DNA from: Selaginella moellendorffii
Lineage: Eukaryota > Plantae > Lycopodiophyta
Reading direction: 5' to 3'
Assembly: GCF_000143415.4 (NCBI RefSeq)
Contig: NW_003314344.1
Location: 58,665-68,814, forward strand
Length of the DNA stretch: 10,150 nucleotides
Shown: piece by piece, positions 1 to 8,802 of the stretch
Position numbering within the stretch: the stretch's first letter is position 1
Layout of the letters: every line of letters starts with the position of its first letter
Program-made: the position numbers and the translations under genes
Notes under the pieces: model-generated
The model's input: only the letters and a program-made list of their open reading frames with translations
What the model was told of the DNA's origin: nothing
Databases searched by the model: none

Positions 1-459
1 TTACAAGTGAGCTACCGCCACACCTACAGGCCCGTCGCTGCTTAAAAAAAATACCTGTGAAGAACAGTTGTGCTAGGGTGTGATATCTGGCTGCTAGTAC
101 AAAACGTCCCACAATCATCTTCCACTTTCCCACTGAACCGGATATGGACTAATGCTTGGTTGTTTCAGGATTTCTAGCTGCCCAAGATGATGGAGTACGC
201 GAACATTAATGATTTTGTGGCTCCCATCCCGGCCGTGCAATCTTAGGGTCTACCAAACCTTGGTTCTCCCTCTAGATCCACCATGTTGCATATTCCTTCA
301 GAATATTCCTGCCCCACTCATAAGCCATAAGAATCGAATTGGGCTCTGATACCAATGTTAGGATTCTATCCCTTACACCCTAAGCCAACTGGCTAAAGGG
401 GTGATCACTTGATTGCAGGGCCCTTTCTTTATCCTATTATCTTGATCTGGTGCTTAACA
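1..459 (-). mobile_element. 5' end of a second LTR retroelement (short LTR about 356-459, PBS and internal sequence running off the window)
   Basis: TGTTA (356-360) and TAACA (455-459) inverted termini next to the PBS. No recognisable gag in 1-340. Confidence 0.6.
341..354 (-). promoter_or_regulatory. Primer-binding site, tRNA-iMet (TGGTATCAGAGCCC), of a second LTR element
   Basis: Perfect canonical PBS 1 nt from an LTR-like terminus (TGTTAG at 356). Confidence 0.88.
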
Positions 460-1420
460 GTGTAGTATTTCCTACTGCTCCTAGCTGCCAATAAACCAAA
501 CTACTTGGGAGAGATCTTTGCGTATGAGAAGAAGATTGCTGACAAGCTTCTTATGGTGCTAGAACATGAGGATGTAGGTGAGAATAAGAGATGCCTTTGC
601 CTCTTCCAACAAGTTGAAACCAAAGAATGGTGGCACTTTGTCTGGACACTCTTTACTGGTCAGGTGAATGATAACTAGGCTCTACTATGATATTGGATGG
701 TAAATATGGAAAAAGAACTTATAAATTTTTCCTTTGCTGAACCAATCATATGGTGCTCCCAAGAGTGCAATTGAGTCACAGGATATAAGGGCTTGTATGG
801 AAAGTGTATTGATCTGGGAAAACCACATATGGACCTCAATAATGGATTTGAGTTTCTTAGCCAAAATGCAAGATCACTCATGACCTCATCCTGTTGCAGC
901 CTAATACTTTAGAGGGAGCAAACTTAGACGAAATTGATAATGGTCAAATCATGTTTGACCCACTGGAGAACTTGAGTGGATGAAAATTCCCATTTGCTAC
1001 TACATAAATTCTTGATACAACCTCACACTGTCTCCCAGAACCACACAAGTTCTGGACACTTATAAATCCTTTAGGTTGGACATCCCCTCTAGAGACATCT
1101 AACTGAATCCTTTACTATGATCAATACAGTGGTCAAAGCAAACATGTATTGACAAGTGATATTGGAAAATTATGCTTATAAATTGGCTATCCCATTCCAC
1201 AAGACTATGGATGAGGTTTCAAACAGGCTGATATCCATAGACAATGCAACATGGATGCTTTGCTAAATGCAAAAAGCTAGAACCTTTCATAGAGGGATCA
1301 ATGTACATGGAATCAGCTTAGACCATATTGCCATTGTAATTGCCAAGGATGTGAAGGAGGAATTGTTTGGCTCAATTCCTTGTTCTAGTACATGCTAAAA
1401 AATCTGGACAAATACTAGCC
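460..1420 (+). pseudogene. Probable highly degenerate LINE (L1-like) ORF2 C-terminal remnant
   Basis: YFLLLL..RRLLTSFLW..KLKPKNGG resembles the post-RT FLW...PKxxGGLG motif. A Cys-containing stretch ending KIW near 1320-1410 resembles zf-RVT. Many stops and frameshifts. Confidence 0.4.
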
Positions 1421-1828
1421 AAACTCAAGTTTGACATCATCAGACTACTTTGCCATATTCCTGTCCTTACTCACCACCAATCCATAGATGATCCTTTAGT
1501 AGCCACTTTTCTGCAAATCCAAGAATGGATGCAAGTAGTTGCTATTGAGGTTTGCCAACCTAGATCTAGAGTTCATCCTACACAGCCAGACTAAGATGAA
1601 CATATACAAGTTCATCCCAGTCCAGTAGTACAAGTCTCCAACATCTTCATGACCTCATGGAAGTGAAAGTAATGGCTCTTTTCACCTGCACCATCTTCTC
1701 AATGCATGCCGGCACGGTTACAAGGCTTACCATTGAATCATCTGTGTGATTGCCATACTGGACAATCGTCTACCGGGGTGACTTTATAGGAGATTGGCAC
1801 ACCACCATCAATCTCCAAAATATCCGAG

Positions 1829-2361
1829 NNNNNNNNNNNNNNNNNNNNNNNNNNNNNNNNNNNNNNNNNNNNNNNNNNNNNNNNNNNNNNNNNNNNNNNN
1901 NNNNNNNNNNNNNNNNNNNNNNNNNNNNNNNNNNNNNNNNNNNNNNNNNNNNNNNNNNNNNNNNNNNNNNNNNNNNNNNNNNNNNNNNNNNNNNNNNNNN
2001 NNNNNNNNNNNNNNNNNNNNNNNNNNNNNNNNNNNNNNNNNNNNNNNNNNNNNNNNNNNNNNNNNNNNNNNNNNNNNNNNNNNNNNNNNNNNNNNNNNNN
2101 NNNNNNNNNNNNNNNNNNNNNNNNNNNNNNNNNNNNNNNNNNNNNNNNNNNNNNNNNNNNNNNNNNNNNNNNNNNNNNNNNNNNNNNNNNNNNNNNNNNN
2201 NNNNNNNNNNNNNNNNNNNNNNNNNNNNNNNNNNNNNNNNNNNNNNNNNNNNNNNNNNNNNNNNNNNNNNNNNNNNNNNNNNNNNNNNNNNNNNNNNNNN
2301 NNNNNNNNNNNNNNNNNNNNNNNNNNNNNNNNNNNNNNNNNNNNNNNNNNNNNNNNNNNNN
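1829..2361. other. Assembly gap (533 N)
   Basis: Run of N. Confidence 1.
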
Positions 2362-2709
2362 CTATCACCACACCCTCAATAACCTCTACGGTAGATCCAG
2401 CTACAATGGTATTAATATCTTCTTCAATAGGCTCATCTATCTTGCCATGAGCAGCCTCAGTAGCCAAAGATACAATTCCCCACCACCAACAACATCAGAT
2501 GCAAGTACCCCACCACTAGTACCAACAACCTTAATAACAGTAGCATCAAGATCAATTTGAGCATCCATCTCAACATCTATGTCATTGTTATGCTCTTCAT
2601 TGCCTCCAATATAATCAACAGTAAATTTATTGGATACTTAGGATGAATCTCCACTCAATCAGTCAAACCCATAGCAATCAAGGTTCCTTTTCCTAGAAAC
2701 TGAGGCCAT
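2362..2709 (-). pseudogene. Degenerate acidic, low-complexity ORF start of unknown identity
   Basis: ATG at 2709 gives MASVSRKRNLDCYGFD*LSGDSS*VSNKFTVDYIGGNEEHNNDIDVEMDAQIDLDATV..., continuing after a frameshift as ATEAAHGKIDEPIEEDINT into the gap. Confidence 0.35.
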
Positions 2710-2934
2710 TGAAGCTCACCTCAATGCTTCCTCTAAAATCCAAAGCAAAATACTATAACATTTAACTTGTAAAGTAAAGCAAACTTACGACATTATAATT
2801 TCAAGTCCCCTCTTAAAAATCCCAACTAGTCAAGCTTGATTTATATCTACTTTCACAAGAAAAGTTTGTAAGTAAAAAATGTGAAAAATAAATTGTAAAC
2901 TACAAGAAATGTAAAGAAAAAAATTCAAGTCACT

Positions 2935-3200
2935 AGGAGAGGTCAGTTCATGCAAGAACCAACCTCACTCTACCTCTCTAAATTTAGAAAATAAAATTTC
3001 TTAAGACCAAGAAGGCCTCAAAGGGAAAAGAAAAACATGATAAGAACATGGGAGAGGTTAGTTCATACAAAAACCAATATCTTTCACCTTCCTATTTTCA
3101 TAAAAAAATGCACCATTAAGTCCTTAAAATCATGAAAAAAACTTGAAGATGTTAATTCCCACAAGAATCAACATTTCTTTCTCTCCCTATTTTCTAAAAT
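2935..3200. repeat. Three degenerate copies of a roughly 58-bp motif
   Basis: GGAGAGGTYAGTTCATRCAARAACCAA...CCTATTTT-like copies at 2935-2992, 3050-3109 and 3145-3200. Confidence 0.7.
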
Positions 3201-3569
3201 ATAGAGATCTCACCCCCAACAAGAAAAAAAAAACCTAGGAAAGCTCACCTTTAGGAAAATTGATGTGATTTAGGAGCTAAAGAGAAATATCCTTATAAAT
3301 TTATTCATGAAAGTTTATTCATTAGCCAAGTGACTTTGAATAATGAACACCCTTTCATCTTTAAGATGTCAACCCTTAGTCTTGCTTCTTGTGTAAACTT
3401 TATACAACAAATGGATGTGGATGGAGATGGGGACTTGGCTAATTTCTATTTTAACCACATAATTTTAGGCTAGCCAAATATGGGAGCCTATATTTTTAAT
3501 CATAAGTAAGTGGCTCTTCATTTTTTAAGGATTCTATACTAGTTTATATTATACCTATTCTTTCTACAG

Positions 3570-4410
3570 GTCATAGTGCAACTTGACTATAGATATAACT
3601 GAATTTAACATCCAAGATTTCCAAATTTAAACCGTATTTTGGACATGTATGTTTGAGATTATTGAACAGTGAACTCGAAAGAAACCCAACTTCTGTGGTT
3701 TTATAGCAAATGTTGGTGTTAAATAGTTGGTTGTGCGGCAAGTGTTTGGAGGTGATAAAAGTCAACTATTACAAAAGTTGTGAGTTTCATTGGGCAAAGA
3801 GTGTTAACAAACATTGCCGATGCATCAAGTCTAATTTCCATCACAAGTTCAAATAGTTTTGTCGAGAGTGGATGGATGCACCCATTAAAAAGGAGCACAA
3901 AGTAAAGGCAAATGAGACATGAAGAAGATAAAGTGCCAATTGAACACCTTTCACAGATGGAGTGCTGGTTTGCATGCTGGAAAGTTCAAATATTTCATTA
4001 GAGCCATTATATTCTCTATGTAAGCTTTCTCTCAATTTCTTTCTTATCACATTCAAATGTTGCATTTTTCTTATGATCAACTATTTGATGACATTGCACT
4101 TACAGCAACAATTAATCTCTTTGAGAGCAAACATTAGAGTTGGAGAACTTTTGAAGCAAGGAAAGGAAAGGTGTCTCTCTATGAAGCTACACTCTTGGAC
4201 CTCACTAGATCTTTTGAGAAGTCATCAAAAGCTTTAGCTGCACAGAAAGTAAAGTTTGTTGATATAGGTCCAAAATTAAACAAGGTTTGAGTAGAAATAC
4301 AACACCAGTAGTAGGGTAAAAAGTTAAGATGGTGGAGGAAATTGTTGCTAGAACCACTCGGGGACATAAGGACAGTCTGTATGAAGTGTCGATAGATTTG
4401 ATGAGCCTAA
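3570..4410 (+). pseudogene. Degenerate Mutator/MULE-like transposase fragment, interrupted by the LTR element
   Basis: Manual translation across stops and frameshifts gives FWTCMFEII..KPNFCGFIAN..VRQVFG, SCEFHWAKSVNKH (CxFH motif), MECWFACWKVQIFH and NLFESKH*SW..SLYEATLLDLTRSF. These are colinear with MULE-type transposases recalled from bryophytes. Confidence 0.7.
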
Positions 4411-5563
4411 TGTAAGCCACAAATTTTTTCCTTTCCAATTTGCCAGCTTACCTTGTCTATCCGTCCAACACTGCCTTGGCTTTTGCTAAGTTCCCTCGCC
4501 AAGGTTCCCGCCTATGGTACCAGCTCTTACTTGGTCCTACTTGGTTTCAGCTACTCACTGCACAAGCAACAGTGTGTTAGCCATCCATCCACGGATTCCC
4601 AAATCTCTCTCAATCCCCCTTTCCGGGTTAGACTGGACTTAAGGTTCGGCTACACTCCCCACAAGCATAAGCAACCAAGCACACCAAGCTTTCAGGTTCC
4701 TAACATCCCTTGGTACCACAAAACTTGATTATGGGACCCTCTAAATCCCAAGTCTTAGGTGCAACACTTGCTTCGGGATGCCAGGGCGAAACACCGTGGC
4801 CTAATGGCCTAGTATGGGTACTTCTACCCCCCAACTTCCATCCCAAAGGGAAGGTCCAAGCCCCTAGGAAGGGTGAGGACTAATGAGCCGCATGGTACTC
4901 AAGTGGGGCACCACTCCACATGAGCCAGGAGCACCGCAATCGGTTTCCCTTTCAGGAGTGGGAGCTGCTCTTGAGCACTTCCTTGGATGGCCCCTCCGGC
5001 ACCAACCACGTCCATGCTCACTCCCACCCAAGGCCCCTCGGTCCCAGTCCCAACCTCAAGTCAGTTTGGAAGCTCCACTGGAGAGTTCCTTCAAAACTGG
5101 TTCCTAAACCTCATTATCCCTACTATACTTTTGGAACCCCCTACAGCCCCCCCCCCCCCCCCTGGGAGATGCACGCTTTGGGCTTTCACCCCTTGACCCG
5201 TATTAGTACTCGGACTTAGTCTCTGGCTTGATCTCAGACTCGATCTCGGATCCGACTTTGGATTCGGTCTCGGACTCAATCTCGGACTCGATCTCGGACC
5301 CGATCTCGGACCCGACCTCGGACTCGGCCTTGGACCCAATTTCGGATCTCGGACTCCGTCTCAAACTCGGTCTCGAACTCAGTCTCGAACTCGGTCTCCG
5401 AGTTGACCTTGGACTTGATTCCGGACTCTATCTCGAACTCGGTCTCCGAGTCGGTCTTGGACTCGATCTCGGACTCGGTCCCATCCGATGAACTTTTTAT
5501 CATTTTGGTCATGCTTTCGGGGATCCTTTAGCCTACAACACCTCGGGGAGTTGGTTCCTTACA
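4411..5563 (-). repeat. 3' LTR (1153 bp), termini TGTAAG...CTTACA
   Basis: 4411-4553 aligns to 10004-10135. The other end is set by CCTTACA at 5557-5563, which gives a 6-bp terminal inverted repeat with TGTAAG and directly abuts the PPT. CCTAA at 4406-4410 is the candidate TSD. Confidence 0.85.
5209..5480. repeat. CpG-rich tandem repeat, 12-bp unit about CTCGGACTCGAT (6-bp subunits), about 20 degenerate copies, in LTR U3
   Basis: Directly visible, e.g. ctcggactcgatctcggacccgatctcggacccgacctcgga. Confidence 0.93.
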
Positions 5564-5575
5564 ACTCCACCACCC
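5564..5575 (-). promoter_or_regulatory. Polypurine tract (GGGTGGTGGAGT)
   Basis: G-rich tract immediately 5' of the TGTAAGG LTR start on the minus strand. Confidence 0.75.
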
Positions 5576-5753
5576 ATAGAAGAAGTTTGATGCCCATATC
5601 GAACGTCTCTTTTTTATCCTACGACTTGTTGACCATGTCTCCGGGGGCATCCCCCCACTTAGTGGTGTGCCTAAGTTAGCCTCCCTGGCCAAGAGCCCAT
5701 AACAACGGAATATAGGTGTCCCTATACTCCTCACCTCACCACGCCCTAGTATA

Positions 5754-5807
5754 GGGTTGGGACTTGAACCCAGCCTTGCTTTACTAGGGGGTTGGGACTT
5801 GAACCCA
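5754..5807. repeat. Direct repeat GGGTTGGGACTTGAACCCA x2
   Basis: Identical 19-mers at 5754-5772 and 5789-5807. Confidence 0.9.
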
Positions 5808-5927
5808 ACCTCCGTAGAATACGTCTACGGATTCGACATCCCCACAGAGAGTCGGGCATAGTTCCCTATGCCTGGTTGACCTAGCTAACCCATGCTAATT
5901 AGCTTACCTTCGGCGCGCCTTCGGGTC

Positions 5928-6001
5928 CTAACATATGCCATTGCTCAACTTCTTAAATTGATACTTTTAATTGAACTTTGCATAAGTACATAGAGTTCTA
6001 C
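5928..6001 (-). other. Possible intron (74 nt) after the chromodomain
   Basis: CAAG|GTAGAA...TATGTTAG|GACC. AT-rich island whose first 25 nt match the 52-nt insert at 18 positions. Confidence 0.55.
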
Positions 6002-6008
6002 CTTGCAG

Positions 6009-6164
6009 AAATTCCTCCACTAGATCTCGCGTGTTCGCTAGGTTCTCCTCTGGTTCCCATGTTGCTTCGCAGTGTGGAAATCCTTTTCACTTCACATGGA
6101 ACTCTCTCACCTCGTGTTTTTGTCGCTTGCTCTTGCGCGTATTGAGGATGGCCTCAACTTCGTA
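6009..6164 (-). pseudogene. Chromodomain at integrase C-terminus
   Basis: YEVEAILN...EFHVK*KGFPHCEATWEPEENLAN...VEEF, with the conserved W mutated to TGA at 6087-6089. Confidence 0.92.
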
Positions 6165-6348
6165 TTCCTCCTCCCCTTGGATAACCTCAGGTAAAGGTCT
6201 AACTTGGTCCTTGCAAAGCGGATCCTCAAAATACAGCTTGAGTAAGTTCACGTGGAACACGGGGTGTATCTTCCCCATCTCTCGAGGAAGTTGGAGACGG
6301 TAAGCCACTTTACCGATTCGAGCCTCAATCTCGTAAGGCCCTGCGAAC

Positions 6349-6400
6349 CTGCTTAAGGAACTCAAGATCAATTCATTTACAGGAGTACATGAATTTTTAC
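6349..6400 (-). other. Putative spliceosomal intron (52 nt) before the GPY motif
   Basis: AAAG|GTAAAA...TTCCTTAAGCAG|GTTC. Removal restores KLTQRFAGPY and the frame. The unspliced sequence has an immediate TAA. Confidence 0.85.
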
Positions 6401-6818
6401 CTTTGTGTCAACTTTTGGCTGATCCCACTTAGTAGCCTAAGGTTCTTGGTGTTCAGCCACACCTTCTCCCCAACTTGGAACTCTACATCCCGGCGCTTCT
6501 GGTTCACGTACTTAGTTTGCTTTTGTTGAGCCCGTTCTAAGGAATCCTTCACTAAATTCCAAATGTTGAGTCTTTCTGCCGTGAATGCCTCTACTGCGGG
6601 TAACTCTCTATGATACTCGACCACGTCGAGTTCCACAGGACCTTCAATAGCTCGCCCATTGATGACTTCCCATGGACTCACCCCGATGCTCGAATGTGGT
6701 GAGTTGTTATAACACATTTCCGCAAGTCCCAAATGACTTACCCAATCAGTTTGGTCTCCCGAGACATAACATCGTAAATAATCCTCCAGTTGCCTATTCA
6801 CCCGTTCTGTTTGTCCGT

Positions 6819-6865
6819 CTGTTAAGAAGTGTTAGTGCCATCAATCTTGACTTAATACCCATTAC
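6819..6865 (-). other. Putative spliceosomal intron (47 nt) in integrase core
   Basis: ACAG|GTAATG...CACTAAC...TTCTTAACAG|ACGG. Removal restores HPQTDGQTERVN and the frame. Canonical CTAAC branch motif present. Confidence 0.85.
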
Positions 6866-7079
6866 CTGTCTGCGGGTGATAGGTTGTGCTGAATTTCAAC
6901 TTGGTGTGATACTGTTCTAGGAGTGTCCTCCAAAACCTATTGGTGAAGATTTTATCTCGATCTGAGATAATCTCTTACAACCTTCCCCGCACTCGAACCA
7001 CTTGTTCGAAGAACAATTTCGCCACATCTTTCACATCCACTTCCGTTGTGGTGGGTATGAAATGTGCCATCTTCGAGAA

Positions 7080-7367
7080 GAATGCTACTGGATGGTTGTG
7101 TTGCTTCAAAATTGCGCCCAACACAAAGTCTGAAGCATCCGTTTCTACCTCAAAGTCCTTACCAAAGTCCGGTAACGCTAGCACGGGAGCCTTCCTCAAC
7201 TTCCCCTGGAGGTGGACGAATGCTGTCTCGCATTCCACTATCCATACCATCTTCCCTTTTCCCGTTTGGTCCGTTAAGGGTAAGGCTACTCTCGAATAGT
7301 GTTTGATAAACTTTCGATAGTAGTTGCATAGCCCTATGAATGCCCTTAACTTGTGTACATTTGGTGG
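7080..7367 (-). pseudogene. pol: RT connection and N-terminal RNase H (truncated by internal deletion)
   Basis: LRAFIGLCNYYRKFI, APVLALPDF, ETDASDFVLGAIL and HPVAF, followed by a direct jump into integrase. Confidence 0.9.
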
Positions 7368-8255
7368 TCACTCCCAATCCTGGATCGCTTGGACCTTCTC
7401 AGGGTCCACCTTGAGCCCGTCCTTGCCCACCACATGCCCAAGAAACTTTACCTCTTGTTGAGCAAAGTCATATTTGCTCTCTTTAGCATACAGCTGGTGT
7501 TCCCTTAGTTTCTCAAACACTTTTGTCAAGTGTTTGGCATGCTCCTCTAGTGTTTCGCTATAGATCAGGATGTCGTCAATATAGACGACCACAAAGTGAT
7601 CCAAATAGGGTATAGAGATATGGTTCATCAACGCTGAAAATGTTGCCGGCGCATTGCATAGCCCAAAGGGCATCACCAAAAACTCGAAGCTCCCATACCT
7701 CGTTCGACAGGTTGTCTTCTCGACATCTTCCTCTGCTACCCTGATCTGGTAGTATCCTGACCTTAGGTCAATCCTCGAGAAGTATTTTGCCTTTCCCAAC
7801 CTATCGAACAGGTCCTCAATCCTTGGCAAAGGGTACTTGTTCTTCTTTGTATATTTGTTGAGCAACCGGTAGTTTATGCACATGTGCATAGATCCATCTT
7901 TCTTTTTCACAAATAGCACCGGCACCCCATACGGCGACTTGCTCAACCTAACATACCCTTTGTCCACCAACTCCTCTAGTTGGTGCTTGAGCTCCGCAAG
8001 TTCTTTTTCGTTCAAACGATAGGGGGGACGAACCACCGCCTCAGCACCCTCGACTAGCTCAATCTTATATTCTATTGGTCGTGCGGGGGGCAATCCCGCT
8101 GGTAGCTCATCTGGCATGGTATCCTGGAATTGGTCCAACACCCGCTGGATCACTAAAGGTACTTCTTCCGTTCCAATCTTTTTGTCACTTCTTATCGAGA
8201 GTAAGCACAAAAATGCAGCCTTGGTCCCTTTAGTGAGTTGTCCTCTCGTGGACAC
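7368..8255 (-). pseudogene. pol: Reverse transcriptase domain
   Basis: [41 protein letters not shown] (7572-7583) and FLGHVV motifs. Confidence 0.98.
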
Positions 8256-8303
8256 CGGGTTTAGGCACGAATCTTTGGCCTTGCATTGCCCTACCTTTAG
8301 ATC

Positions 8304-8696
8304 CTAGGCCTCCACCCTGGATCTTCTTCCTTGGGCATTCGCTAGTACCACAAGGTTCCTACTTTGTCCATGTAGGGCTACCACAAACCGATTGAACCAA
8401 TCCATCCCGAAGATCACGTCAAATCCCACCATGTCCAACACAGTGAAGTCCATGTTTACTATCCAAGTCCCTACTTCGCCTCTCGCTTGTCGAAGTACCT
8501 CATTGGTGCTTTGGCTACCTTGAACAAACTCTATAGTCCTTGGTTCACTTAGCCGCTGCACCGTTAGTCCGGCTTGCCGGACTATGTCTGCAGCCACAAA
8601 ATTATCCAAAGCACCCGTGTCAATAAGGATCTTAACAAAGCTACCCCTGAGCTTCCCTCGGAGGGCTAGTAGATGTCGCAAACGACTCTCTACCAA
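8304..8696 (-). pseudogene. pol: Aspartic protease domain
   Basis: ILIDTGALDNFV (DTGA at 8610-8621) and FDVIFGMDWF motifs. Confidence 0.93.
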
Positions 8697-8802
8697 AGTT
8701 GCTCGTGTAATGAGTAACTTTGAGCTAGGGACTAGATCACATACCTCAATTTGGACTTCACCCGACTTAATGGCTATATTGGCTCTGGCCTTCTTTGGCT
8801 AG

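Larger units (their letters stand above)
6165..7079 (-). pseudogene. pol: Integrase core and GPY/F domain, N-terminally deleted, split by two GT-AG inserts
   Basis: FSKMAHFIP, IISDRD, YHPQT/DGQTERVNR, YNNSPHSSIGVSP, R/FAGPY and IHPVFHV motifs. Confidence 0.95.

Noticed and set aside
1750-2467. Three ORFs of about 210-219 aa
   Set aside because: Artefacts of translating through the 533-N gap.
4781-4890. Hammerhead ribozyme-like words GGCGAAAC and CTAATGAG in the LTR
   Set aside because: The core is imperfect and antisense to the element, and no supporting stems could be built.
5201-5215. TTAGTACTCGGA resembling the 5S rRNA internal promoter (Cassandra-like)
   Set aside because: The match is too short, has no flanking 5S similarity and merges into the tandem repeat.
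5209-5480. CRISPR-like array
   Set aside because: Contiguous short units without unique spacers, in a eukaryotic LTR.
5091-5512. Low-complexity ORFs (PRSG, ISDS, ETEF repeats)
   Set aside because: Stop-free translations of the 12-bp tandem repeat inside the LTR; no evidence of coding.
5881-5907. 27-nt GTAAGC...CTAG mini-intron
   Set aside because: Too short for typical plant spliceosomal excision. Only the donor was kept as a candidate.
6349-6865. Programmed ribosomal frameshifts as the explanation of the integrase frame changes
   Set aside because: Extra non-homologous sequence containing stops lies between the conserved residues, so excision rather than slippage is needed.
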